A stretch of 63,845 nt of DNA, filler included, from Collodictyon triciliatum (Eukaryota): NCBI GenBank assembly GCA_043381765.1. It is 3 parts of 3 records of this genome, joined end to end, with 100 filler letters (N's around TTAATTAATTAA, not from the genome) between each part and the next. Parts side by side here need not be neighbours in the genome. Positions count along the whole stretch, not along the records: positions 1 to 27,695 come from JBHJMP010000987.1; 2 more parts are not named here. One strand, written 5' to 3'. Below are positions 1 to 13,400 of this stretch, one piece after another. Each line of letters starts with the position of its first letter. The first letter of the stretch is position 1. Position numbers and translations under genes: made by a program. The notes beneath the pieces are model-generated. The model searched no databases. It was not told the origin of the DNA and saw nothing but the letters and a program-made list of their open reading frames with translations.

Positions 1-325
1 CCTGTAGGCCGAATAGGATACCGTCTGTTTTGTTGAAGTTGATTTTACCTCCAACTGCAAGTGTGTATTCTTGCATGCACTTATTTGCCAGGATGGCGCC
101 TTCAGGGGAGCGTAGAATGAAGGCTGTATCGTCGGCATATTGCAAGACAAATTGGTTGCGGATTTTGTTGTTGTTTCTGAAGTGGATTTCAAGACAGTCG
201 GCTACAAAGTTAAAGAGAAGCGGCGCCAGAGGGCATCCTTGGTAGACGCCGCTTTGTCTCTGGATTATGTCAGTAGGACCTGCAGCCTGGACTTATTATA
301 TTCTACGCAGTTAGAATATAATAAA
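1..325 (-). mobile_element. Non-LTR retrotransposon (L1/Tx1-like) ORF2 fragment, reverse transcriptase core; runs off the window edge
   Basis: Manual minus-strand translation gives PTDIIQRQSGVYQGCPLAPLLFNFVADCL...FVLQYADDTAF...GGKINFNKT, containing the QGCPLxP and YADD RT motifs typical of LINEs. Confidence 0.9.
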
Positions 326-329
326 TATC

Positions 330-660
330 AACTGATCCCATCCAACGAGAAATTAATGTATCCAAGCTTGAAAGCATCGTGCAATACAGCTTCCTGAACA
401 GCCTGCTGAAACACGCCCCCATTCTCCGCTACTCTGACCGCAAGCGAAGGGAGATGTGGGAATGTATCGTGCGATATCTCCCACAACATATTCAATCACC
501 CCTACCCACTCAACCAATAAACCAGTTGCGCCGCCCACCTGACCAACTCGTTATCACTGGTTTCTTTACAGTGATTGCATCTTCACAGTACCGTCTCCTA
601 CTCATGCCTGCTCTCTAACATGTGTGTTTCACTGCCCCATTCTACGAATAACTACTTAGT
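330..660 (+). mobile_element. LINE family A 3'-terminal fragment (ORF2 C-terminus plus start of 3' UTR)
   Basis: Encodes VQYSFLNSLLKHAPILRYSDRKRREMWECIVRYLPQHIQ; clear nucleotide similarity to 60440-60720 (-) and 61335-61620 (+); right boundary approximate. Confidence 0.85.
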
Positions 661-1394
661 ATCGGCTCGATTACTTTCAAGAGGAAGCCCCTGTTGAATT
701 AGCTGCGATGAGGATTTCAATCCACAAAGACAGGCAATAATAAAGACAAATCACCAAAAATAATATCAAAATTCATGTCATCACCCAGAAAGGCTGTCAT
801 AGTTAATTAAACTAAGAGAAAATTGTAGACATGGAAACTGGCGGCTGGCGATAAAGATTAGGCGAAAGCGCTTTAGTTGCGATATTTATGGAGAAAAAAA
901 TCTTCAAAAGAATATTGTTTGACACCATCATTCTCATCGTTTAGGCCCTCTGCATTTCAATTGCGCTTTCATCAATTTTTACCTGGTTCAATGTCCTACT
1001 TTCCAACAACATAACAAATCATGCTACATTATGCTGCTTTGATTGGACTCAAGAAAATAGTATATCTTCCAAAAAAAAATGTGGGGAGTGGATACGGTCG
1101 AACTAAATCTGGCTGACGTGGCTTTGTGCAGAAAGTACGTATTTCTTCTATCAGAAACATCCTTGATTTCGAGTCGGCTATATGAGACTTTTTTTTTTTT
1201 CATGCCGGATTATGACGAGCTCGTTACCTGGCTAGTCGGCTGTACAAATCATTGGAGGGTTAGCTATCATAAAATTAAAATAAAAGGGTGCACATAGCGA
1301 GGGAAACACGGCATGATAAAAAAGTAAGCGAACAACCCCAGCCTTGATAGCTCACGTAGGACTTACAATTACTGTGCTTCCTAGGTCTTGTATC

Positions 1395-2494
1395 ATGAGC
1401 TCCGATTATAGCTCCGCCCCGCTTCAATATTGGACGAACGAGCATGTATCTCTATGGCTACGCGACCGAGGTTTTAATGAGTCGGTAGTGGCTGACTTCC
1501 AGCGTGGCTATATAACAGGGCCTCGGCTAGCCCAACTGAGTATGGTCGACATAACAACACCACTTTTTAACGGAGACTTCGAGACAAGAAATCACTTGGT
1601 CAGCGAAATCTCTAGTCTTCAGGCTGGCCAATTGCGTATCCATCAAACTTCTCTCACACCACCTCAGCAAGTTGGGATAGGGGCTCATGCAATTGAGATG
1701 GCTCCATTATCGAATTTCCCCGATGGGCAGACATCGATAGACTACACATACGGCAATATTAACTTTTCTTTCTCGAACTGCTCTGGTCATTGTAAGATGT
1801 AAGTGTCTCTATTCCCATCACATGGTTTCCTTTGCGAGACATTATCCATACATTTATGCAAAAGAAATGAAGAAAGGTTTAATGACGATAACGATAAATT
1901 ATCTCTAAATCTACCATTAGGATAAACAACCCTCTAAGGTCCGCTATTGTCTGCACCGTGGTGCTTGACCTTATCATCCTGATACCAATTATAACAGTCG
2001 GGATAATCCTCGTCCCGTTTGTCATTCCCGCAGCTGTGATTCCTATCCTCTTGACATCCATACTTCCTATTGCAATTTACAGGAATATCAATGCAACTCC
2101 GGATTACATTTTTGACCCATCGCAGGTTTTTGAGGATATCATCAGCCATCATCTCAATATGCTTTTGCACAGTATTTAAATAATATAAGGCTCAATATAA
2201 AAGTAACAATTTATTTATGTGCAGATAACACAGATTTGGAGAAGAAAGCCACCCGTTATGATTCCAGCGAACGACATTCAATCTGTGCACTGTGCTCACA
2301 AGGAATACTACGATGATGGAAGTATTACGCACCAGTACCTGATACGATTTAATTTGAAGAGTACCTCCAGCTGCACTGAAAAGACCCTAGAAGCTCCTAT
2401 CATTTTTACCGAAGAAAAGCAGGCAGCTATTGCGGCAAGTTTGCTCGCAAAGACATACCATGTGGAACTGCTACGAGATGCATCCCCCAAGTAA
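1395..2494 (+). CDS. SAM-domain protein with hydrophobic membrane hairpin; 3 exons (1395-1798, 1921-2125, 2225-2494)
   Basis: N-terminal WTNEHVSLWLRDRGF...FQRGYITGPRLAQL resembles a SAM domain; exon 2 has a long hydrophobic stretch; GT-AG introns join in phase. Confidence 0.7.
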
Positions 2495-3188
2495 CAGAAC
2501 TTGACGCTAAGATTGCTCAACGATCTCGCGATTTCGACGAAATAAATCAAATAAATAGAAGAGAACCAGGGAGTATGCAATATGATGGTATATTCTTTAC
2601 TTTGTACATGTAATGACTTGGCTTCGTATACTGACCAGAAGAATATATGTTCAAGAAAAATAACTGTAAGGACTTGGAAAAAAACTATAGTTTAGATTAG
2701 TATTTAACCTATATCATACGTTCACATTCCCATGCAAGGTTTGAATCCCCTAATTACCTCTTGTCCCCGCCGACTATCAAATGCGGTTACTTTGATATAT
2801 GCTTCAATGCCTTGTTACCTGCGGCAGACCCATCTCGATTTTGGGAAACCTCGGGGGGCATGAGAATCTCGGGAACTGAGGAATAACCAACTCGTTCCTT
2901 TTTTTTCTTTTTCTTTTTTTTCGTTTTTCTCCTCGGTATGTAATTGCTATCTTTATATAATTGAAGGCCTTTATTCGGTGTCCTAGGGTAAGCACAAAAC
3001 TATTCGGAGCTTAGACTGGTGTGAGGCATTCTCGATTAAACAAAGAAAAAACGGCATTCAGCTCAGACTATTAGAGGTTTATCTCCACCAGCGAGGTAGT
3101 GTTGGCACCTTATCTGATACTTCACGAAGGACTTTCTTTTGACGCCGTTGTGACAAAATGTTGAATTATATCATGCGGTATCTTAACT

Positions 3189-3262
3189 ACGATGGCTAGC
3201 GAACCAAAGCCAACACACCCCCTCGGTCCTGCACAAAGTTGGAAGGAAGAATAAAAAAAAAA
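3189..3262 (+). mobile_element. 5'-truncated LINE family B 3' tip with poly(A) and ~19-bp TSD
   Basis: acgatggctagcgaaccaaagcc...gcacaaagttggaaggaagaataAn matches the 3' end of the element at 63547-63845 (-); flanked by atg(c/g)ggtatcttaactacg at 3173-3191 and 3263-3281. Confidence 0.85.
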
Positions 3263-6200
3263 ATGGGGTATCTTAACTACGCCAATAAAAATAATTCTGC
3301 TGTATCTAGTAAAAGCGGAGGGTGTTGTGGAGTGCTTTAATAGATGTAGAAGCGGGCCCATTTATCGGAAAAAAAAAAGCTGAAACATTAAAGCAGTCAA
3401 TTGTATCCCACTGGGGATGATAATTTACTCTGGTTACATATTATCGAGTCTATAATGTATCCCGTCTAGATTCCACTTGAAGAAGGCATCCGCTTTTTTT
3501 ATAAAAAAAAAAAAAATCTACAATAGAAATGGACGAGAATCCTAAAGCAAAAAATATGGAACTAGGTTTGAAAAAGACAGAATATTCAAGGGACGACCGA
3601 GTCCTTTGAAATTGAGTATTAGACTGAAGATAGATGCTTTAATCTGTGGAATACCGACCAGTATGACGGAACTAAATATCGAAAGTGTAGATATCCGTAC
3701 CAATGAGATAGGCATCTTTTGTTAGAATGTGGACAGGAGGTCAGAAAGATTTTGATAGCATGGGACACTACAAGAAATCCAGTCTTTCGATCTGGCTCTA
3801 GTCTATTTACTCCGAAAGGACATATCAAGATATCTATCTCGGTTTCAAAGAAAAGTAACGATAGTCCTCTGCCTGAATTGATAGCGCCTGTATCTCCTTG
3901 CTCGTTTGATTATATGTCGCCACCATCTTCCAATACGCTGATGTGTTCGTCTGCAATCGAGTTGCGCAGAAAAATTGCTTCGCTATCCAAACTACTGACA
4001 TTTGATAGGGATGACATGAAATCGTCTGTAATTTAGTTCCCATTAATACATACTCGCAAAACAAACTCGAAATACAGGTAGAAAATATACGACCTTGAGG
4101 CAGTTTGAAAGGATTGTATCTGTGTACTTTTTAACATACTTGCTTTTGAGCTGCATATAGACACAGGCCCGTTCTGGTATGGGTTCAGCGAGTCAAGCTG
4201 TTGCTTATGGTAAAGAGACTGGACGATGGCATTTTGAGTAGCCCTGTCCTTTTCACTGAACTTCTTTCTATCTAAACAGGTTGAATATCTATCACGTATA
4301 TGGACATGTTTCCGTCCCTCATAAATGATTATTTAAGACACCCCAACCATTTTTAATGACAAATTCAAACTACTTACTAATCCAGGACATATATATCCCT
4401 AGAAATCCGCATTCTTTGATTCCATCTTTTCTGAAAACGAGTTTTGGTATTTTATCGTATTGTAACAGCATTTTAGAATTGGGTTGGCCATTAAGAGTCC
4501 AGTAGTTATCGTACAGACAACTATCGCGGTAAGGTGGTATGGAAATTTGTACTTGAAAGTGCTTAATCGGTGCCTTATAGGATTGAGAATGTAGTTTAGA
4601 ATTTTTTTAAAAAAAAACCGTTTATACTATAGGAAAACTTCTTCCCATGATTTTGAAAAGGTCGAATGGTTAAACTTTTAATAAAATAGTGAAGGGTGAA
4701 GGGAGATTCTAATAGAAAAAAACCTTGATAAAAGGTGTTAATAAGTTCAAAGAGAATTCATCTAGCGTCTGAGATGGGCGATATCTCATGCAGCCATGTA
4801 TCGTATATCTCAGCACGAATGTTAAGTCTTGTAATGTTTCTGGGAACCCCCAAGATAAAGTGGCAAGTTTGTCCTCTAACAACTACAAAAGTATGGCATT
4901 TGTTGTTGTTTTTTTTTAACTGTCATAAATTATTTGTGTTATTAGCATCCCAATTTCGATGCTTATGATTTTATATAAAGGTTGAAATAGTCTCCAAAAC
5001 AATCGTATTTTACATGAAAATAATAGAATTAACGAATTTCAATTCATCTGTTACTAAATATAGTGTTTATTGGTATAATAGCCCGTTTTTTTATTGATGC
5101 TGATGGTAAGAGAAATTGAAATAAAATAAAAAAGTATTTAGAAAGTGAATTATATGGCACGTTTCTTGAATATGTCAGCTCCTACCAGTTGAAGGGATAT
5201 TCCGGTGGTATATTCTTTACACAGAATCGACGGTTTTGATATACTGTGTCCGTCTAACGGTATTGCTCTGGTGTGCTTTCTAAATCCTTCGTAGTGCCTA
5301 TATGTTATCTTCTCTTCTATGAGAGCTGTCCCTATGAGATTGTATGGGATGTGAGTATTGATTATTAATCCCCTCGTAGAGCAAAATTATGTGAGTTTTT
5401 ACACGTCTAAATATAAAGAAATACTCGTTTATGATATTATTTTATCACACCCAGCTCAGTAATGTAGAGGAAAAGAAAAGAAAAAATGGCGTCCTTTACA
5501 AACCATCCCAGTTATGCTCCAGAAAAATAAAAATAATATAAAATAAAATTGGTTGCTGGATAGTAAGGAATAGGTCGAAAACGAGGCAGCACTGTGGTCA
5601 TTCATAAACTGCCAAGTCAAAAATAAATAAAAGAGGGCAGGAAAACAAAAATAAATATTAAAAGGTAGAGAAGGTACTGTAAGAAAACCTTGCTCTTCAT
5701 CCAGTGAAACCATCACATAAAACTGTCTGATTTCGTAAGGGACAGACAATCCAGAACCGCTATGTTCCGAACTGTTTATTGGCCTTGAGCCCTCGAACCG
5801 ATCTCTCCAGCTCGTACCCGGTGCTTTAGAAACTCTGTCCATAGATTATTTTTCTTTGCAAGTCGCTGCAGGAAGTGGCATGAAAGTTTGAGTGAAAATA
5901 TGAAGATAAATATGAGTGGTTCGTTAATTACCAAACCATCGTGTCACTTGATCGATATTGTAAACAATTAGGAAGATGTAGGACTAACGCCCCAATCGCT
6001 GCAAACATACTTGGCTGGTTGATTCCCCGCGACGCACAGGCATCTCCGAGAAGACAACAACCAAGCACGCCCGTTACACTTGACCATTATATGTGGAATA
6101 TATATATTCATAATTTACACATTAGTAAGGAGCATGAACATCTTATTGTCTGTCGATTATTGCTACAATAATAAAACTACACATAAATATTGTATCACTC

Positions 6201-7067
6201 TATCTGGTATATAAACTTCTGAATCATTCACCCATGCAGTATTGTGGCAGGTCGAGAGAACCGGTTGAACTTTAATGCAGGACTCACGCTATCATTCTCG
6301 CCAACCGAATAATCACAACCCTCGCAGCACTCGAATTCAACGCCGATGCAGTTCGAGTGACAATGAGAAGGGTTAAAAATAAAAACATAAGCTTATTTTG
6401 TGAGACATCATGTTCGACTCTTTTCAAAACACCTCGCAAGTTCCACCAAGTGTTGTTGCGCTTCAAACACCTATATCGCAGTCAGAACTCACTTAATATT
6501 ACCTATCGTTTTTTTTTCCCTTTTAAAGCAGACAAGAGCTCCCCTCTCGATGTATATGTGATATTGGTTTGGTTGCAGTTACATGTTTATTCAAAGTCTG
6601 GCGTCAAAGCCGCACGTTGATGTGACGCAGAAAAGGGCCGATAGGATGTCTCTCTGTCGGATGACCCAACAGAACTCCTACTCGCGCGGTTACCTTCTCT
6701 AGCTGAAATGGTCACACTTTGGCTCCGGGGTGATTTTTTTTCTTCGTGTAGTTCTATTGGACCCACTATGGGAGTGGTGCATTGTTCTCGGAGATTTTCG
6801 TCATCATATGGATTTCCCTTGAGATGGTCATCAGCTTCTGCCTCATGTGCGACTCTGTCAGCCGGAACAATTCGTACGGTCTCCGGGAAATCTATTAGAT
6901 AAGGGTCTGCGTTGCCCGCACGGGAAAAAAAAAGGGAAAGGAAACCCATTTGGTTATAAAGTTTGAATGAAAGGATGGGGTATATGATGAATAAATAAAT
7001 GTACGTTTTCTGATGTTCCTATAATTTTATATTTTAAAAACGCAGAAGAGTGGCTATCACACTTGTT

Positions 7068-9146
7068 TTATGAGAGTAGACAATGTAGCAATATTGCACA
7101 TATATCCGAGTTACAAGGAAAAGAAAGGAAAACATAATTACTGTTGGTTTTATATCCCTTTGAATGCAATCGTAATGTGTTGATGGCTTGTGTTGCTGTT
7201 TGTTTGTTCAGGCCTTTCAATGTATTACTATCTGGATATTTCAAGTTCAAAATTGTATCCCATAATGCGGCAATAAATTTAAGTGTGTTGGATATCAGCA
7301 TTTTCTTGAAGTCAAGCGTTCATCATTTTAGCCCTTTGGTGTGAATAGTCGAGTATATATTCAAAATACCTATCCATTTCACGTCTAGACTGATACATTC
7401 GTATCTTTCTGCATTTTGGACTCCAAATTCTAATTTTCGCAGCTTTGTTTGGCCAGTTTTTGAGGGATTATTGGATGGAGGAATATACATTCCATCCATG
7501 AGCAGATCTTTTGGTATGACATTATTCAACAGAATAATCTTTTGAAAGATAAAGAGTCTTCTTGGTAAGATAATAGCAACATGGAAGTTCCGAATCGGTG
7601 CCTATTGAATTGATCAGTAAATCAATTATAAATCATAATAGTAATAGTAAATTTTAAAATACTTAAAAATACTTTGATTTCGCTGAGCAATTTTGTAATA
7701 TTTAGTCGATTGAAAGATTTGGGAATCTACACAATCTGATATAGATATGTGGACAAAATCAAACGAAAAGAAGAAAAAAAGGTGGGTGGGGCACCCACTT
7801 TATATATTAATGATAAAATTGATTTAGAAGGGATGTAATGATCGAAGGTTTAGATTATTTAACCTGAATAGATGACTTCATATCATTAAGATAGAGAGTG
7901 TCAAGACATGACGCCAAATCATGCGACAGGCTGTTTTCTAGTACATACTTTATTTTGAAAATTCTCTGGTAGCATGTCGGGGTGAATTCCCAAGAGAATG
8001 CAAACTCTTTTTGGCCGAAGACTTTCTATCATAGAGTGAATGTGATTAGAATACGACACAACAGAAAAGCACTAAATAACTTTTGGTTTCATGAAGAAAA
8101 TTACGGTATAATTTAGGTATGTAAAGAAAACTGACAAAAAAAAATTGAATCTCTCTCTCGCTTTTCCTTTTTTTTTTTTGTTTTGTTTTATTTATGTATC
8201 TTATTATGAAACACCCTTGACCTATTGCATTGGAATTTCGGATATGTAGAGATATTTATTTAGAACGATATAGAAATGAGAAGACTGCAACCTTGTGAAC
8301 CACTTTCGCTGCAGGATCTTGTCGGCACTCAAGAGAGATGAATTTTACATTCCCATTGTGAATGATTCTCCGAGAATGTTTATTAAAAACAGTGTTGTGG
8401 TGATAGATCAGGACTTCTGTGATGCAGACCGAGCCTGTTTGGAGCATATTTCATCCATGAAATCAAGATAGAATATCATTTACATAAATTCAGCTTTTTC
8501 GGAATTATGATATCTAGCAAGATGAAATTTTGCATACAATTTTTATAGTTGATACATGTTGGGGAATATAATTGATATTTAATTGGATCCTCCCAACATT
8601 TTTTTTTTGCTCTGAATGAATACATATGAGAATGAATTGGAGTAAAATGATAGAAGGGAATGAAATGGGACAGAGGAGATACCATTTGATAATATAGGCT
8701 CCACCAAAACGTTCATTTCGCTTATTACGTAAGGAACAAGGGGCTGGTTCACAATCGGTAATACCCCAAGGTCTTTAGATAATGTATCGCTGCGTCCTCT
8801 CCAGTCATTTTCTGGGGGCTTCTGAGACTTTTCTAAGGATACCAAAAAAAAATTTTGACGTGGTGTTAAGTCATATGAAAAATAGTCAATAATACATGTT
8901 TGTGCTTTAGATATACTTCGTTGAGGATTTAGATTAGATAATCTATCAAAAAAAACAATAAAATTCACAAAATATATGCAAATTGCGAGACTTTGTATTA
9001 GGTTTTTTTTTTTTTGAAGTACAATACAGACATAACTCTTTAGTCAGCCATGTAGTTTTTTTTTTAAAAAAAAATAAAAAAGGACAAATAAAAATAAAAA
9101 CTATACTAGGTGCCGAAGCCGATCTTTTCCCCTTGTAAAAGGACAT
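7068..9146 (-). pseudogene. Fragmented multi-exon gene, possibly glycosyltransferase family 61-like or degraded
   Basis: Several minus-strand ORF pieces, an N-terminal hydrophobic segment, and VHKVAVFSFLY...YHSMIESLRP reminiscent of the GT61 YH-x3-E motif; I could not build a clean exon chain. Confidence 0.25.
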
Positions 9147-10477
9147 TATACTGTGTGCTTATCTGGGGCTATTTTCTGTCTTTAACTATTCTTTTTGAAA
9201 ATAATAATCTGATGAAGTAGCCTTCTGACAAGCAGCTTCCTAAATGACAATGTTTGGCTTCAACTTTGGTTTTTGTTTGTTTCTTTTATGAAAGAAAAAA
9301 CTCATTGGTTGTGCAGCTATGTGTTGTTGAGGACAGCTTTGGAAGCCCTGGCTACTTCTAAAACTAGAATCTCTGTTCTATTGCCTTTCACCTATCCAAG
9401 TTTCGCCTGCTACGATGCCACAGGGAGAAGGAGGAGAGGGAACGAATCTGTGTTACTAATTGATATGTTTGGTAGGTAGTCGGTGAAGTGTATGTAACGG
9501 AATATTTTAATGTGGAATATATAGAATTATATTTATTTGAAAGTAATTATTGATTATTTACAATTATCATAACAATATAATAGCCATATAATTGCAATTA
9601 TTTCATACAATTACCCGAGGTGTACCTGCAATGAAAGTTTCCGCCGACGCCACACCAAAAGACGACGAATGAGGCTAGGAGGCATGGACACAGCAGGATA
9701 GGCGGACCATAGGATTCTCGAGGGGGGACTAAGGACGAATAGCAAAGCGTGCCGCAACAAATGTGGGCTTACGGATGACGTCATTCTCTGCTTGAGAAAA
9801 GTGCCAATAGAAAAATTTGAGGGTCATTATCACATAGAGAATCTCATAAATGAAACTTGGCCACAAACCTGAACACACACAAAGCTGAAAAAACAAACAA
9901 ACAAACAAACAATGGCCAAAAGGATTGGAAATAAAGCAAAAGGAGGGCATTCTCTAACACACAGGCCAACCCACAGGATTTGTAAGAGACTTGTGTTTCC
10001 CTTTTGTATATTCTTTATGGAATTGAACCATCGCCCAATTGCGCACGAGAGGCTGTGGCCGTATGTACAAATGGACTCCCAACAACGAGCCAAAGACCTG
10101 TGCACTAGCCCGAGCGATTGTCTTTCGTTGCTAAAATCACACGGCCTCTTTTGTGCAGCAACACCAGCCGCGAACCCAACCCGACTACAAGCCGGAGACA
10201 CACAAGCACGCACACAGAATTGATTTCCGCCAAACACACGGAATTCACTACACAAAAGTAACACCCCGATCAGCAACACCCCACCAGACACTAGCCACTA
10301 CCACCCACCGGCACGGAAAATCTGCCCAGCACAAGTCACAGACCACATCTCACTCACTCACTCGCTCAATCATCCCGACGAGTCTGCACGCAACTAACCA
10401 ACAGAATTCACTTAATCTCCTCTTAATCTCTCCCCCCCTCGACCACTCCGTCTTCATCTGCTCCTGCGTGCCCAGGA

Positions 10478-13400
10478 ATGAGCGTCATCACCAGCGATGA
10501 ACAAATCGTCAGCTTGGGCTTGGTGAGCGGGATCTTTGGCCTGATCTTTGCCGCCATCCTCGCCAAGCTCGTCATGAACGAGGACACAGGCACGGACAAG
10601 ATGCGTGAGATCTCCGAGGCCATTGCCGACGGCGCCGCCGCTTTCCTGCGCCGCGAATACAAATACATCTCCATCTTCGTCTTTGTCGTCTTCATCATCC
10701 TCATCCCCCTGACCAACATCGAGACAGGTTTTTCTCCCCTCCCCTCTCTTCCCATCTGGCACACTTATGGCCGTATTCTGCTTCTACTTTGTCACGTCTC
10801 TTTATGGTTTCACCTGATTCGCTCGGTTACGGGTTTCCTCCTCCACACCACTTTTGATAGACGTGGAGGAAGCTATTTTTTTCCCCCATCTATAATATCT
10901 CCTTACAAATCCTTTTTTTCCTTTATTCACTCGGCGTGGTCGATGTACTGGGAGGTCGGGGCTTCTTTCCTCACACAGCATTTCCCTTGTAGCCGTCTGC
11001 TTCATCGTAGGCGCCTTTGTCTCTGCCCTCACAGGCTTCATCGGCATGAGCATTGCCGTGCGCTCCAACGTGCGTACCACGGCTGGTGAGATTCCTTTCA
11101 CTTGATGCACCTGCTTCCAAGTGTTCTTTCCCTCTCTCTGCCACCAGTAATCTACTTGTCTCTTGTTAAACGACTCATATATTGCCCCGTGTGTGCGTGT
11201 GCGTGTGCGTGTGTCTGTATCATACTATAATCACAGCCGCTGAGGTCGGACTGAACCCTGCCCTCCGTGTTGCCTTCCGCTCCGGCTCAGTCATGGGCTT
11301 CAGCGTGGTATGTTCTGTTCTCTCGCTCCTGTCATGCCATGCCATGCCCGCCGGTCTACCATCCGTTGGAAAGAAAAGAACATACTATCCCAAGAGATCA
11401 CAAGGAAGGATAGGAGTCCTGAAAACCCTCGAGCCTTTGAACTAAGCCCAACACGACACATAGGTTGGCCTGGGCATCTTCACCCTGTCGATCCTTTACT
11501 TGATCTTCCCAGACACCAACCAGCTTGCCGGCTTCGGCATGGGCGCGTCGTCGATTGCGCTCTTTGCCCGCGTGGGAGGCGGCATCTACACCAAGGCTGC
11601 CGATGTGGGCTCCGACCTTGTGGGCAAGGTGGAGGCAGGCATTCCGGAGGACGACCCCCGCAACCCTGTGAGTGAACCCGCCACCCTATTCCTCTCTGTG
11701 TTGCCGCCCCCATTCTCTGCTAAAGGAAGGGGCGAGGCCGTTATGATAACTAAGAAGCAAAGGGAATCTTGCAAATGAGAAAAAGAGAAAGAGAAGGAAA
11801 AGGACACGTGTCTAACCTAGACGGCCTCTTTCTCTTCTCTCTCTCTTTCTCCTCTCCCTGCCGATGGGGGCGAGCGCAGGGCGTGATCGCAGACAACGTG
11901 GGAGACAACGTGGGAGACGTGGCCGGGATGGGGGCGGACCTGTTTGAGTCGTACGTGGGGAGCATCATCGCGGCGGCGGCGATCGGAGTGGACAAGGCGG
12001 AGGGCTTCACGGGGCCTGCGGACGGAGAGGAGGAAGGGGAGGCGGACGCCAACTACGACCGGTACATCCTCGTTGCGCTGCCGTTCTGGATCTGCGGGGT
12101 GGGGATCTTCTGCTCGTTTGTGGGGTCGCTGTTTGTGCGGACGAAGGAGAACGCGACGCAGAACGACCTGCTGTTTGCGATGCGGCTCGGGGTGGTGGTG
12201 TCGTCGGTGCTGATCATCGCGTCGTCGGCGGCGATTGTGAGCGGCTTCGGGCTGGACACGGAGGTCTTTGCGTGCCTGGTGATCGGGCTCGTCGCGGGGA
12301 TCCTGATCGGCTTCTTCACCGAGTTCTGCACGTCGTTTGCGTACTGGCCGACGATCTCGATTGCGGAGGCCGGGCGCACGGGGCCGGCCACGGTGGTGAT
12401 CCAGGGCCTTGCGGTGGGGATGTGGTCGTGCGTGCCGCCGGTGGCGATCATCTTTGCGACGATCCTGTCGTGCGACGCGCTGTACGGCGACTACGGCGTG
12501 GCGATTGCGCCGGTGGGGATGCTGTCCACGCTGGGCGTGACGCTGGCCACGGACGCGTACGGGCCCGTCGCAGACAACGCCGGCGGCATTGCCGAGATGG
12601 CCGAGCGCCCCAAGCACGTGCGCGAGCGGACGGACGCGCTCGACGCGCTGGGCAACACCACGGCGGCCACGGGCAAGGGCTTTGCCATCGGCTCCGCCGT
12701 CCTGACCGCCATTGCCCTGATGAAGGCGTACACCAAGCAGGCCAGCCTGGACGCCGTCGATCTGGTCGACGACACAAAGGTCATCTCCGGCGTCCTCATC
12801 GGGGCCGTCCTGCCCTTCCTCTTTGCCTCCCTCACCATGACCGCCGTCGGCAAGGCCGCCCAGAAGATCATTGCCGAGGTCCGCCGCCAGTTCCGCGAGA
12901 TCCCCGGCCTCAAGGAGGGCCGCCCCGGCGCAAAGGCCGAGTATGCCCGCTGCGTCGACATCTCCACCTCCTCCGCCCTGCACCAGATGATCATCCCGGG
13001 GCTGCTCGCCGTCGTCGCCCCCGTCATCATCGGCTTCGGCTTTGGCCCCGAGGCCCTCGCCGGCCTCCTCGTCGGCTCCATCGTCTCCGGCTTCCTCCTC
13101 GCCGTCACCATGGCCAACGCCGGCGGCGCCTGGGACAACGCAAAGAAGTACTGCGAGAGCGGCCACTTTGGCGGAAAGGGCTCCGAGACCCACAAGGCCC
13201 TCGTTGCCGGCGACACCGTCGGCGACCCCTTCAAGGACACCTCCGGCCCCGCCCTCAACATCCTGCTCAAGCTCATGTCCATCGTCGCCCTCGTCCTCGC
13301 AAAGGAGTTCACCGGCGACCAGTCCCAGCAGGGCGCCGCCGTCGGCATCCTCCTCGCCACTCTCATCTTCTGCGCTGCCATCTACAAGTTTGTCCTGCTC

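Noticed and set aside
2840-3015. GGGAAACCTCGG...TTCGGAGCTTA resembling RNase P/MRP conserved regions
   Set aside because: The two segments do not form a proper P4 helix, and a long T-run lies between them
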